The position numbers and the translations under genes are program-made. Positions 1 through 11,176 of a DNA stretch of 64,000 nt are shown in pieces. Origin of the DNA: Eubacteriales bacterium (lineage in GTDB: Bacteria; Bacillota; Clostridia; Oscillospirales; CAG-272); the NCBI GenBank assembly GCA_045588085.1, contig JAZNDN010000026.1, positions 2,646 to 66,645 of the forward strand, written 5' to 3'. Positions within the stretch are counted from its first letter, which is position 1, and every line of letters starts with the position of its first letter. The notes under the pieces were generated by a model, which saw only the letters and a list, made by a program, of their open reading frames with translations, searched no databases and was not told the origin of the DNA.

Positions 1-174
1 TCTAAAAAATTTATAAACGAAAATCAGAAAAAAGGAAAAATTGAATATAAGGATACGGATTTACCAAGAGCTTTTATTATAACAGAGGAAGAAAAAAATA
101 TAAAAATAAATCTTTCAAGAATATCATCGACAGCCTTGGTAGCAAGATGTGAAAATCCTGATTACAACGATTAA
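1..174 (+). CDS. 3' end of a DUF370 / RemB(YaaB)-like small protein gene (partial; the start lies upstream of the window)
   Basis: Frame +1 is open from nt 1 to the TAA at 172-174. It is absent from the ORF track because there is no start codon in the window. The tail ...LPRAFIITEEEKNIKINLSRISSTALVARCENPDYND resembles the C-terminus of B. subtilis YaaB/RemB (..SIVVTVQNIYYSPLSSSTLKKR.., from memory). It occupies the canonical recF-remB-gyrB position. Confidence 0.45.
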   Translation, partial: SKKFINENQKKGKIEYKDTDLPRAFIITEEEKNIKINLSRISSTALVARCENPDYND

Positions 175-205
175 AGAAGCGAGATAAATAGAAAGGAAAG
201 GTTAA

Positions 206-2131
<1,926 letters not shown>

Positions 2132-2143
2132 GGAGGATTTGAG

Positions 2144-4690
2144 ATGGACCACAATTACAAAAGCTCAGATATAGAATTCCCCTCTCAAAGAATAGAGCCT
2201 CGTGATATGAGAAAAGAGGTAGAAACCTCTTTCATAGAATATTCGATGAGTGTTATAACCTCCCGTGCTCTTCCCGACGTGCGCGACGGAATGAAGCCCG
2301 GTCAGAGAAGAATACTTTACGCTATGTACGAGGATAACCTCACCCATGACAAGCCGTTCAGAAAATCAGCAACGACGGTAGGTAACGTTCTCGGTAGATA
2401 TCATCCTCACGGTGACAGTGCCGTATACGGAACCATGGTAAGAATGGCTCAGGATTTCTCTCTCCGTTACACTCTTGTAGAGGGACACGGAAACTTCGGT
2501 AGCGTTGACGGAGACCCTCCGGCAGCATACCGTTATACCGAAGCAAGAATGAGCAGAATAGCAAGCTTCATGATGAGCGATATAGAGAAGAACGTCGTTC
2601 CGATGACGAGAAACTTCGACAATACCAGAGATGAGCCTACAGTTCTTCCCTCGCGCTTCCCTAACCTTCTTGTAAACGGCTCGGTCGGAATTGCCGTAGG
2701 TATGGCAACTAATATACCTCCGCACAATCTAACCGAGGTTATAGAGGGAACTATTTACAGAATAGACAATCCCGAATGCTCCGTTGATGACCTTATGAAT
2801 TACATAAAAGGTCCCGATTTTCCCACCGCCGCAATAATTTACGGCTCAAGAGGAATAAGAGAAGCATACGAAACCGGAAGAGGAAGAGTATATATTCGCG
2901 CGAGAGCTACTATTGAGGACGAGCACAAGAGAATTATATTCACCGAAATTCCCTACATGGTTAATAAGTCTATGCTTATCGAGAGCATGGCAACTCTTGT
3001 CAAGGATAAAAAGATAGAGGGTATAACCGGACTTCGTGACGAATCGGGACGCGAAGGTATGAGAATAGTCGTTGAGTACAGACGTGATGCTAACGGAGAG
3101 GTTATTCTCAATCAGCTTTATAAGTATACTCAGCTTCAGGATACCTGCTCGGTAAATATGCTTGTTATCGACGGCGGAGAGCCTAAGGTTCTTTCCCTGC
3201 CTCAGATTCTTGACAGATATATAGATTTCCAGAAGAGCGTTATAATAAACAGAACTCAGTTCGATTTGGATAAGGCTCTCAAGGAGATGCATATTCTTGA
3301 GGGATACAAAATAGCTATAGATAATATAGACGAGGTTATAAAAACCATAAAGAGCAGCGAATCTATCCCCAACGCAAAGGAAAAACTTATTGAAAAATTC
3401 GGTCTTACCGACGTTCAGGCTCAGGCAATAGTTGAGATGACACTCGGAAAGCTTTCCGGTCTTGAAAGAAAGAAGGTAGAGGACAGACTTGCAAAGCTTG
3501 CTGTTATAGTTGATGAGCTTCGCGGTATTCTTGCCGATGAAAACAAGGTAAAGGATATTATAAAGAAGGAGCTTACCGAGATTAACGACAGGTTTGGAGA
3601 TGAAAGACGCTCCGAGCTTTGCGAGGCTACCGAGGAAATAGACCTCGAGGACCTTATCGAAAGACACACCTGCGTTATAACCATGAGCCATACCGGATAC
3701 ATAAAGCGTCAGCATGCCGACACCTATTCATCTCAGAACAGAGGCGGTAAGGGTATTATAGCTATGACTACCAAGGAGGACGACTACGTTGAAAGAGTCC
3801 TCGTTGCAAACAGCCACTCTCATATAATGTTCTTCACCAACAAAGGAAGAGTTTACTGTAAGAAGGCATACAGAATTCCCGAGGCATCAAGAACGGCAAA
3901 GGGCACAAACCTTGTAAATATTCTTGAGCTCCAGGAGGGAGAGAAGGTAACTTCACTTATCTCTATTAACGAGTTTGCTTCCGGTGAATATCTGACTATG
4001 GTAACTAAGAACGGAGTAATAAAGAGAACTTATCTTACCGAGTTTGAGTATCAGCGCAAGGGAGGAAAGATTGCGATTTCTCTTGACGAGGGAGACGAGC
4101 TTATATTCGTCCGTCACACCAAGGGCGACGAAAACCTCATTATTGCAACCAGATGCGGTATGGCAGTAAGATTTGAGGAAGGCAACGTACGCTGCATGGG
4201 CAGAGGAGCAAGAGGTGTGCGCGGTATAACGCTTGCCGAGGACGATTACGTAGTAGGCGTAGCCGTTGTAGACGAAGAAAGAAAGCTTCTCACCATAACC
4301 GAAAAGGGACTCGGAAAGCGTACTCTGTTTGAGGACTTCCGCGAAATGAAGCACAGAGGCGGTAAGGGTGTTGCTTGTCATAAGATTTCCGATAAGAGCG
4401 GAAAGCTTGCTGCAATAGCAACAGTCAGCGATGACGACGATATCATGCTTATTACCGATTCGGGAACTATTATAAGAATGAGCGTTTCGGACGTTAACGT
4501 ATATTCCAGAACCGCATCCGGCGTTATAGTAATGCGTCTTGCCGAGGAGAGCTCCATAGTCACCGTTTCAAGACTTGAAAAGAGTGAGGAAATAGAGGAG
4601 GAGAGCCGCAAGCTTGAGGAGGAATTGCCTCCTGCTCCTTCAAATCCCGCCGGTGAAAAAGCACCTCTTGATGAGGAGGAGAGCTTTTAA
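2144..4690 (+). CDS. gyrA: DNA gyrase subunit A
   Basis: 848-aa ORF with [16 protein letters not shown], the [21 protein letters not shown], the catalytic Tyr block [10 protein letters not shown], a C-terminal repeat domain and an acidic tail. The RBS aaggagg lies 6 nt upstream. Confidence 0.97.
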   Translation: MDHNYKSSDIEFPSQRIEPRDMRKEVETSFIEYSMSVITSRALPDVRDGMKPGQRRILYAMYEDNLTHDKPFRKSATTVGNVLGRYHPHGDSAVYGTMVRMAQDFSLRYTLVEGHGNFGSVDGDPPAAYRYTEARMSRIASFMMSDIEKNVVPMTRNFDNTRDEPTVLPSRFPNLLVNGSVGIAVGMATNIPPHNLTEVIEGTIYRIDNPECSVDDLMNYIKGPDFPTAAIIYGSRGIREAYETGRGRVYIRARATIEDEHKRIIFTEIPYMVNKSMLIESMATLVKDKKIEGITGLRDESGREGMRIVVEYRRDANGEVILNQLYKYTQLQDTCSVNMLVIDGGEPKVLSLPQILDRYIDFQKSVIINRTQFDLDKALKEMHILEGYKIAIDNIDEVIKTIKSSESIPNAKEKLIEKFGLTDVQAQAIVEMTLGKLSGLERKKVEDRLAKLAVIVDELRGILADENKVKDIIKKELTEINDRFGDERRSELCEATEEIDLEDLIERHTCVITMSHTGYIKRQHADTYSSQNRGGKGIIAMTTKEDDYVERVLVANSHSHIMFFTNKGRVYCKKAYRIPEASRTAKGTNLVNILELQEGEKVTSLISINEFASGEYLTMVTKNGVIKRTYLTEFEYQRKGGKIAISLDEGDELIFVRHTKGDENLIIATRCGMAVRFEEGNVRCMGRGARGVRGITLAEDDYVVGVAVVDEERKLLTITEKGLGKRTLFEDFREMKHRGGKGVACHKISDKSGKLAAIATVSDDDDIMLITDSGTIIRMSVSDVNVYSRTASGVIVMRLAEESSIVTVSRLEKSEEIEEESRKLEEELPPAPSNPAGEKAPLDEEESF

Positions 4691-5376
4691 TGAAAACTAG
4701 AATAACCAGCTTTTTGCTAACAGTTGTTATCATTTTGCTCTCTTTTTCGATGTTTTCATGTGCAAAAAACCGCGAATACGACGCAGCTGAAGTAGAGAAG
4801 GAGGCCGAAAGTCTTATAAAGGCCTCCATACTTCTCAATTACATTTACTACGGAGAAGGAATACCCGCAACGACGGATTCCACCAATGCGTCCGGATACT
4901 ACTATCCTGCTGATACTTCATTTGCAGCATCGTACGGTATACAGACAATAAACGACTTAAAAAAGAAAACCAAAGAGGTTTTCAGCTCGTCTATGTATAA
5001 CGTCATAATGGAAACCAAGCTTGGCGAGAGTGCATCCGAGAGCGGTGAATTTCTGGGATTTGCAAGATATTACCAGAAATATAATACCCTTACAGACGAG
5101 CCTGAATGTATAATGGTATACAAGAATGCCGACGTTATCCTTAAGGATACGCTAGAGTATGATTACGACAGCATTCGTGCCGTTGAATCAAAGCTTGAAA
5201 CGGTTTTTGTTGAAATTGACGTTGTTGTTACTACCTCTGCGGGAAAAAAGCAGGAAAAGACGTTGACTATAGGACTTATAGAGGAATCGGGTGGTTGGAG
5301 ACTTGCAACCACTACCTTTACTACCTATTTTGATTCGGATTATTATGACGAGCTCAAGGATGACGGTGTAAAATAA
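4690..5376 (+). CDS. Hypothetical lipoprotein (signal peptide plus Cys)
   Basis: 228 aa. The N-terminus [27 protein letters not shown] has a basic n-region, a hydrophobic h-region and a Cys, forming a lipobox-like SMFSC. Its ATG overlaps the gyrA stop (TAATG at 4688-4692). No recognisable catalytic motif. Confidence 0.7.
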   Translation: MKTRITSFLLTVVIILLSFSMFSCAKNREYDAAEVEKEAESLIKASILLNYIYYGEGIPATTDSTNASGYYYPADTSFAASYGIQTINDLKKKTKEVFSSSMYNVIMETKLGESASESGEFLGFARYYQKYNTLTDEPECIMVYKNADVILKDTLEYDYDSIRAVESKLETVFVEIDVVVTTSAGKKQEKTLTIGLIEESGGWRLATTTFTTYFDSDYYDELKDDGVK

Positions 5377-5411
5377 AAGGCAATGCTTTTAAAAGCGGAA
5401 AGGAAAATGAA

Positions 5412-5921
5412 ATGACTTTAGGAGAAAAACTCGTAATACTCAGAAAAAAGAATTCTTTATCCCAGGATGAGCTGGCAAGTGCAATCAGAGTTTCCCGCCA
5501 GTCTGTTTACAAGTGGGAATCCGGCAAGTCCGCGCCGGATGCTAACAACCTTATAGCACTTAAGGCAACCTTTGGTATTTCAATCGATAATCTTCTTGAC
5601 GAAAACTACGTTGAGCAAATGCCCGAAAAGAAGAAAAGAACAAGAATAAGCGCAGAGGAGAAAGCGAGAATAAGAGCTCGCATCCTTGCCGAAGAAGGAC
5701 TTTCTGAGGAAGAGGTAAGCGAAGATGAGGCAGAGGCTTCCGAGCCTGTGGCACTTGAGGCTGAGGCTGAAGAGCTCATTGAGCCTGCAGCGCAGGTAGA
5801 GCAAAATACCGAAGAGGAAGCTTTGCAGACTCCTGTCAAGGAAGAGCCTAAGGCGGAGGATTCTCAGGCGGTTGCAGATAAGAAAAAAGGCTTCTTCGGA
5901 AGAATTTTCGGCAAAAAATAA
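5412..5921 (+). CDS. XRE-family helix-turn-helix protein with an acidic linker and a C-terminal amphipathic basic tail
   Basis: 169 aa. The N-terminal LGEKLVILRKKNSLSQDELASAIRVSRQSVYKWESGKSAPD is a classic Cro/C1 HTH. The middle is Glu/Ala-rich and low complexity. It ends in KKKGFFGRIFGKK. Confidence 0.8.
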   Translation: MTLGEKLVILRKKNSLSQDELASAIRVSRQSVYKWESGKSAPDANNLIALKATFGISIDNLLDENYVEQMPEKKKRTRISAEEKARIRARILAEEGLSEEEVSEDEAEASEPVALEAEAEELIEPAAQVEQNTEEEALQTPVKEEPKAEDSQAVADKKKGFFGRIFGKK

Positions 5922-6034
5922 TTACCGAGCGGTGACGGCGGAAAGAGAGAATTTTCACGGCAGAGCTGTCGGAAACGTACTTTTCAAAGCCGGGTTAAAA
6001 GCCTGCCGACCGTGGACCGTGTAAAGTATACGGC

Positions 6035-6063
6035 AAGCCGCAGAGGTAAATCTTCTGCGGCTT
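6035..6063 (+). terminator. Hairpin downstream of the HTH gene (candidate intrinsic terminator)
   Basis: aagccgcaga-ggtaaatct-tctgcggctt gives a perfect 10-bp stem. The trailing sequence is only weakly T-rich (atataaaaa). Confidence 0.45.
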
Positions 6064-6148
6064 ATATAAAAACAAAACAAAAAGAATAAAACCTCCCGTA
6101 TGTGTCTATAATGTGCCGTGAGATGATAAGTGGCAAACGGAGAGAGGC

Positions 6149-6409
6149 ATGAGAGGTTATCAAAAAAGAGTAATTTACATGAAAAACACGGGGAGCGAGT
6201 TTTTTGAGGAGGCTTATTTCGTGGTTAACGAGGAAAGCACAGCGCTCCGTCCCGAAAATGAAATAGTAACCGAGGCAAACAGAATAATACGCGAGAATTT
6301 TAACACGGGTAAGGGTAAAAGAGGATTTTCAAGAATCGGATGGATTGGTGCTTTGCTGTTTGGCTCAGGTGCTTTACTGTCGGCGCTGGTTTTCCTTATA
6401 ATAGTATGA
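6149..6409 (+). CDS. Small hypothetical tail-anchored membrane protein
   Basis: 86 aa with a C-terminal hydrophobic segment IGWIGALLFGSGALLSALVFLIIV. The RBS ggagagagg lies just upstream and a TATAAT box sits near 6107. No family recognised. Confidence 0.5.
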   Translation: MRGYQKRVIYMKNTGSEFFEEAYFVVNEESTALRPENEIVTEANRIIRENFNTGKGKRGFSRIGWIGALLFGSGALLSALVFLIIV

Positions 6410-6491
6410 GGATTACAGATGTGTGTATTTCTTATAGCTGATAAGAGGTTCATACAAACACAATTAACGACTTAAAATATAAATATAATAT

Positions 6492-8543
6492 ATGAATGAG
6501 ATAAAAAAACACAAAAAAGAAATCAAGAAAAATATAAAGCGTGAGGTAGTCATTGGATTTAAAAAGAGCTCTTCCCAAGAGGTTCACGCAGATAGAAATT
6601 ATAAAAAGGCCGACGGAAATAAATCGGCACAAAGAAAAAACAATAAAGATTCTGCGAGCAAGGAATTGCGCAGACAGACGAAGGCACATGCTTCTGCTGA
6701 TAAAAATGTAAAAGGCGCAAAGGGTCTTCAAGACGGTATTCCTGCCAAAAAGACGGTATTGGCAAAAACAAAAACCGCGAGTGCCGCTGCGGTATTTTCC
6801 CGTGAGGAAAATCCTGTTTTGCAGAATAAAATTGCAAAAAAACACGACACGCACCGTGGGGTAAATGAAAGGAAGACTAAGGCTAAGGGAAAACTCAGGG
6901 TTATTTCCTTGGGAGGTCTTCAGGAAATCGGAAAGAACATGACGGTGTTCGAGTACGGCGATGATATTGTAGTTGTTGATGCGGGACTTGCCTTTCCCGA
7001 TGAGGATATGCCGGGCGTTGACCTTGTTATACCGGAGTTCTCCTATCTTACAAAAAATGCACACAAGGTCCGTGCGGTTCTTATCACTCACGGACACGAG
7101 GACCATATAGGAGGAGTTCCGTATCTGCTCTCAAGCATTGACGTTCCTATATACGGAACTCGTCTTTCGCTGGGAATTCTTGAGGGGAAGCTTGACGAAA
7201 ATCCTCCTCCAAATCATCCAAGACTCTACACGGTTGAGGCAGGAGACGTTATAAATCTGGGTGTTTTCAAGGCTGAATTTATCCACGTGAACCACTCTAT
7301 TGCCGATGCCTGCGCTATTGCGCTGAGGACGCCCGTTGGTACCGTTTTCCATTCCGGAGATTTCAAGCTTGACGTATCTCCAATCGACGGAAGAATAATG
7401 GATTTAACCCGAATAGGCGAAATCGGCAAGGAGGGCGTGGAGCTTCTTCTTTGCGAATCAACGAATGCTGAGCGTTCGGGATACACACCGTCTGAGAGAA
7501 CTGTTGGAAATTCGCTTGACAGAATTTTCATGCAGAACGAGCATTCGCGTCTTATAATTGCTACGTTTTCGTCTAACGTGCACCGAGTTCAGCAGATTAT
7601 AGATGCCAGCGCCAAATACGGCAGAAAGGTAGCCGTTCTCGGCCGAAGCATGATAAACGTAATAGGAGCTGCGGTAGAGCTTGGATATATGGAGCTTCCG
7701 GATGACGTTCTGATAGACGTTAACAACGTCAAGCGTTACAGGCCTGAGGAAATAACCCTCATAACTACGGGCAGCCAGGGAGAGCCTATGTCTGCTCTTT
7801 ACAGAATAGCCTTTTCCGAGCACGATAAAATAAAGCTTAATTCAAATGACGTCGTGGTTCTCAGCTCAAGCGCTATTCCCGGAAATGAAAAGCTGGTTGG
7901 AAAAATTATAAATGCACTCGTTAAAAACGGCGTTAAGGTTGTTAACGATTCGGTTGAGGACGTTCACGTTTCGGGGCATGCATGCCGCGAGGAGATAAAG
8001 CTTCTTATGGCGCTTACAAAGCCTAAGTATTTTATGCCTATTCACGGTGAGTACAGACACCTTTATGCGAACAAGGAAATAGCAGAATTTATGGGTATTC
8101 CATCCTATAACATTTTCGTATCCGAGCTTGGAAAGGTTCTTGAGATAGGTGCCGATACGGCTGCGTTTGCAGGCAGCGTAACCGCAGGAAGCGTTCTTGT
8201 TGACGGCTCCGGCGTCGGAGATATCGGCAGCGTAGTTCTTCGTGACAGAAAGCATCTTGCCGAGGACGGTCTTGTTGTAGTGGTTGCCAGCGTTGATATA
8301 CGCGAGGGGCTTATAATATCAGGCCCTGATATCGTGTCGCGCGGATTTGTTTACGTAAAGGAATCCACCGACCTTATGGACAAAACCAAGCGTATTGCAG
8401 AGGATGCATTAAACCGCGTGCTCGATGCTGGAATTTGGGATTTTTCGGGCATAAAAGCCGCTGTCAGAGACGACATAGCGAAGTTTATATTCAGAGAAAC
8501 CAAGAGAAAGCCTATGATTTTGCCCATAATAATGGATATATAA
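6492..8543 (+). CDS. rnj: Ribonuclease J (metallo-beta-lactamase / beta-CASP) with a ~133-aa Lys-rich N-terminal extension
   Basis: From residue ~134 it reads KLRVISLGGLQEIGKNMTVFEYGDDIVVVDAG, then ITHGHEDHIGG (the HxHxDH motif), and the beta-CASP and C-terminal domains are co-linear with RNase J1/J2. The start is uncertain: no clear RBS at 6492 and no in-frame ATG before the catalytic core. Confidence 0.9.
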   Translation: MNEIKKHKKEIKKNIKREVVIGFKKSSSQEVHADRNYKKADGNKSAQRKNNKDSASKELRRQTKAHASADKNVKGAKGLQDGIPAKKTVLAKTKTASAAAVFSREENPVLQNKIAKKHDTHRGVNERKTKAKGKLRVISLGGLQEIGKNMTVFEYGDDIVVVDAGLAFPDEDMPGVDLVIPEFSYLTKNAHKVRAVLITHGHEDHIGGVPYLLSSIDVPIYGTRLSLGILEGKLDENPPPNHPRLYTVEAGDVINLGVFKAEFIHVNHSIADACAIALRTPVGTVFHSGDFKLDVSPIDGRIMDLTRIGEIGKEGVELLLCESTNAERSGYTPSERTVGNSLDRIFMQNEHSRLIIATFSSNVHRVQQIIDASAKYGRKVAVLGRSMINVIGAAVELGYMELPDDVLIDVNNVKRYRPEEITLITTGSQGEPMSALYRIAFSEHDKIKLNSNDVVVLSSSAIPGNEKLVGKIINALVKNGVKVVNDSVEDVHVSGHACREEIKLLMALTKPKYFMPIHGEYRHLYANKEIAEFMGIPSYNIFVSELGKVLEIGADTAAFAGSVTAGSVLVDGSGVGDIGSVVLRDRKHLAEDGLVVVVASVDIREGLIISGPDIVSRGFVYVKESTDLMDKTKRIAEDALNRVLDAGIWDFSGIKAAVRDDIAKFIFRETKRKPMILPIIMDI

Positions 8544-8548
8544 ATAAA

Positions 8549-8586
8549 AATGGTGAGGAATTAACAGTTCCCCACCATTGTTTTTA
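8549..8586. terminator. Bidirectional intrinsic terminator between the convergent rnj and the 248-aa membrane protein gene
   Basis: aatggtgagg-aattaacagtt-ccccaccatt has one mismatch, is followed by gttttt on the + strand, and is preceded by aaaaa, which gives a T-run on the - strand. Confidence 0.6.
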
Positions 8587-8608
8587 AAGGTGATACCTCT
8601 CGCGTTGG

Positions 8609-9355
8609 TTATTTTGCCAGCATGGAATCAATACCGGAAAGAATCAGAGGCATCGTGAATATAAGAGCCGCGTAAAGTCCCACGATAAGACCTACCGTTA
8701 TAAGAAATTTAGGAAGCGAGGTTTCGCATGACGAGAGAAGATGCTCTGCAAAATCGCGTTTTTCCTCGGGAATATAAAGCTTGGCGTCAGGGCTGATGAG
8801 CCCGTCCTGAGCAACCGGTACAGCATAATATTTTGATTTTTCGGACGAGCTTGCGCTCTCGTCTTTGGTGTTGGCTTGAGCTTTGCCTTCGGTTTCCGAA
8901 TTGGTGCTGTCTGAAGGCGGCTTGTTTTCGATTGTCGTCACGGCTGCGCTTTCGGACGTTACGGATTTACTTTCTGCTTCGGCTTCCGAAGCTTCGTTTG
9001 CCCCCAAACCTTCCGCTGCTCCCATTGATGCGGTTTCATTGTCGTAGGCTATCATAAGGCATCTTCTGAGGGCGCCCTCGCGGTTTGTTGCCAGGCGGCG
9101 TACAGGCTTGTGAGAGGCAAGCTTGAGGTCACTGAGGCTTATTGCGCGAGATTCTCCGATAGCGTCGGTTCTTATAAGCTTTTTAAAGAGAAGGTATATG
9201 TTTGTTTGATGACGGTGTATTCCGAATGCGGCTATGATAAGGCCTATCGCCAAAAATGTTATCAGCTTGTTTATCTCAAAATTAAGCCCTATGTTTTCAT
9301 AACTCGAAAGGTTAAGACATATATAGTCATTATAAAATCTTTTTAGTATTTCCAT
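8609..9355 (-). CDS. Hypothetical membrane protein (N- and C-terminal TM helices, Ser/Glu/Ala-rich disordered middle), distal gene of the parAB operon
   Basis: 248 aa. TM candidates are LITFLAIGLIIAAFGI and FLITVGLIVGLYAALIFTMPLIL. It starts 39 nt after the parB stop on the same strand. Confidence 0.6.
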   Translation of the reverse strand: MEILKRFYNDYICLNLSSYENIGLNFEINKLITFLAIGLIIAAFGIHRHQTNIYLLFKKLIRTDAIGESRAISLSDLKLASHKPVRRLATNREGALRRCLMIAYDNETASMGAAEGLGANEASEAEAESKSVTSESAAVTTIENKPPSDSTNSETEGKAQANTKDESASSSEKSKYYAVPVAQDGLISPDAKLYIPEEKRDFAEHLLSSCETSLPKFLITVGLIVGLYAALIFTMPLILSGIDSMLAK

Positions 9356-9394
9356 TTGCTTTATCCCTGTTTTTGTAAATTATAGTTTGCAAAA

Positions 9395-10282
9395 TCAGTC
9401 TTCACTCAAAAAGTTATCTCCGCAAATGCTCTTGAGAAGCACGTCTAAATCCTCGTTGTCCTCGTAAAAAAGAGTAACGGATTTCTTTTTGCCTGAGCCT
9501 TTGATTTTGACGACTCTTCCCAGGTGCGACTGCATGCGCAGCTCCATCTCGCGATAGTAATCAACCAAAGGAGTGCTCTCTTCGTCCTCGGCGTCTTTAG
9601 GCTCGCGGTTGATTCTTTTTACCTCTTCTTCGAGCTGACGAACCGACAGGTCGTTTTCAACCACCTTGTTAGCCAGAAGGCGCATGTTTTCGCGGCGCTT
9701 TACGCCAAGCAGAGTTCTCGCATGGCCTGCGGAAATATCTCCTATTGCGACCATCTCCAAGACGTCCTCAGGTAAATCAAGTAGCCTCATTGCGTTGGCA
9801 ACGGCGCTTCTGCTCTTCCCTACTCTTTCGGCAAGCTCCTCTTGGGTGAGGCTGTAATCGTCAAGCAGCGCTTTATATGCCATTGCCTCTTCGATTGGAT
9901 TCAAATCCTCACGCTGAATATTCTCAATAAGCGATATTTCTGCGGTTTTGCGGTCATCTCTGTCAAGAACGATTGCGGGTATCACGTCGAGCTCTGCGAG
10001 CCTTGATGCGCGAAATCTGCGTTCCCCGGCAATTATCTGATATCTGCCGGAATCATCGTATTCACGAACGAGAATAGGCTGCAAAAGTCCGTTCTCCTTA
10101 ATGGAGGTAGCAAGCTCTTCCAGCGCTTCGCGGTCAAAATACTTTCTGGGCTGGTCTGCTTTCGGGTCGATTGATGAGAGCTTGAGAAGTGTAATTTCGT
10201 TCTCACCGGATTGTTTCTCCAGTGCATTGTCTAAAAATATGGCATCTAATCCTCTTCCGAGTCCGCTATGTCGTTTAGCCAT
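9395..10282 (-). CDS. parB: Chromosome partitioning protein ParB/Spo0J
   Basis: 295 aa with ParB boxes LLQPILVR and IIAGERRFRA and the HTH segment LTQEELAERVGKSRSAVANAMRLL. It lies directly downstream of parA. Confidence 0.93.
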   Translation of the reverse strand: MAKRHSGLGRGLDAIFLDNALEKQSGENEITLLKLSSIDPKADQPRKYFDREALEELATSIKENGLLQPILVREYDDSGRYQIIAGERRFRASRLAELDVIPAIVLDRDDRKTAEISLIENIQREDLNPIEEAMAYKALLDDYSLTQEELAERVGKSRSAVANAMRLLDLPEDVLEMVAIGDISAGHARTLLGVKRRENMRLLANKVVENDLSVRQLEEEVKRINREPKDAEDEESTPLVDYYREMELRMQSHLGRVVKIKGSGKKKSVTLFYEDNEDLDVLLKSICGDNFLSED

Positions 10283-10317
10283 GTCAAATCCCTTTCTTTT
10301 GTGGAAATAAATGGAAA

Positions 10318-11094
10318 TTATATTCTGAGCATAAGCTCTTTGGCGACTGCAGCATATTCCAGAGCGCCTTTACCGTATGGGTCGTGGTAGCATATAGGCT
10401 CTCCGTATCCGGGAGCCTCGGAAAGTCTGACGGTTCTGGAAATGGGAACCTTGAAAAGAGTGTCAGCATAATACTTTTTCAACTCTCCTACGACCTGATT
10501 CGTCAAGGTCAGTCTTCCGTTATACATAGTAAGAAGTATTCCGACCACTCGCAGCTCCGGATTGAAGAGCTGGCGTATTCGCTTTATGGTGTTATAAAGC
10601 TGAGACATACCCTCAAGCGAGTAAAATTCGCACTGCATAGGTATCACAACTCCGTCAGAAATAGACAAAGCCTTGACTGTGAGCATACCCAATGACGGCG
10701 GACAATCAATAAATATGTAGTCAAAATCTTCTTTTATAGATTCGATTGCTATTTTTGTGTAATTAAAACGCTCGTCTGCAGCGTCTTCCAGCTGATGCAG
10801 CTCAAGCTCGGCTCCCGCTAAGTCTATAGTTGCCGGTATTATGGAAAGATTTTTGAATCTGGTTTTAATTATAGCGTCATTTGCATTGCATTTTCCTATA
10901 ATTACGTCATAAATTGTCCTTTTTATCTTAGATTTAGGCAGTCCAAGACCGCTTGTGGCGTTACCCTGCGGGTCCATATCGATAATCAGAACCTTTTTAT
11001 TAGCTTTGTTGGCTATTTGGGCGGAAATATTAACGCAGGACGTTGTCTTCCCTACTCCGCCTTTTTGGTTGGAAAAAGAAATAATTTTTGCCAA
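10318..11094 (-). CDS. parA: Chromosome partitioning ATPase ParA/Soj
   Basis: 258 aa with the deviant Walker A NQKGGVGKTT and the Walker B-like block YIFIDCPPSLG. The RBS aaggagg lies upstream. Confidence 0.93.
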   Translation of the reverse strand: MAKIISFSNQKGGVGKTTSCVNISAQIANKANKKVLIIDMDPQGNATSGLGLPKSKIKRTIYDVIIGKCNANDAIIKTRFKNLSIIPATIDLAGAELELHQLEDAADERFNYTKIAIESIKEDFDYIFIDCPPSLGMLTVKALSISDGVVIPMQCEFYSLEGMSQLYNTIKRIRQLFNPELRVVGILLTMYNGRLTLTNQVVGELKKYYADTLFKVPISRTVRLSEAPGYGEPICYHDPYGKGALEYAAVAKELMLRI

Positions 11095-11176
11095 AGAATG
11101 CGCCTCCTTGCTGTCGCTGAAAGAATCGCATAAATATCATACCTGCGTTTTCAGCTGTTATATCGTAATCAACCGT

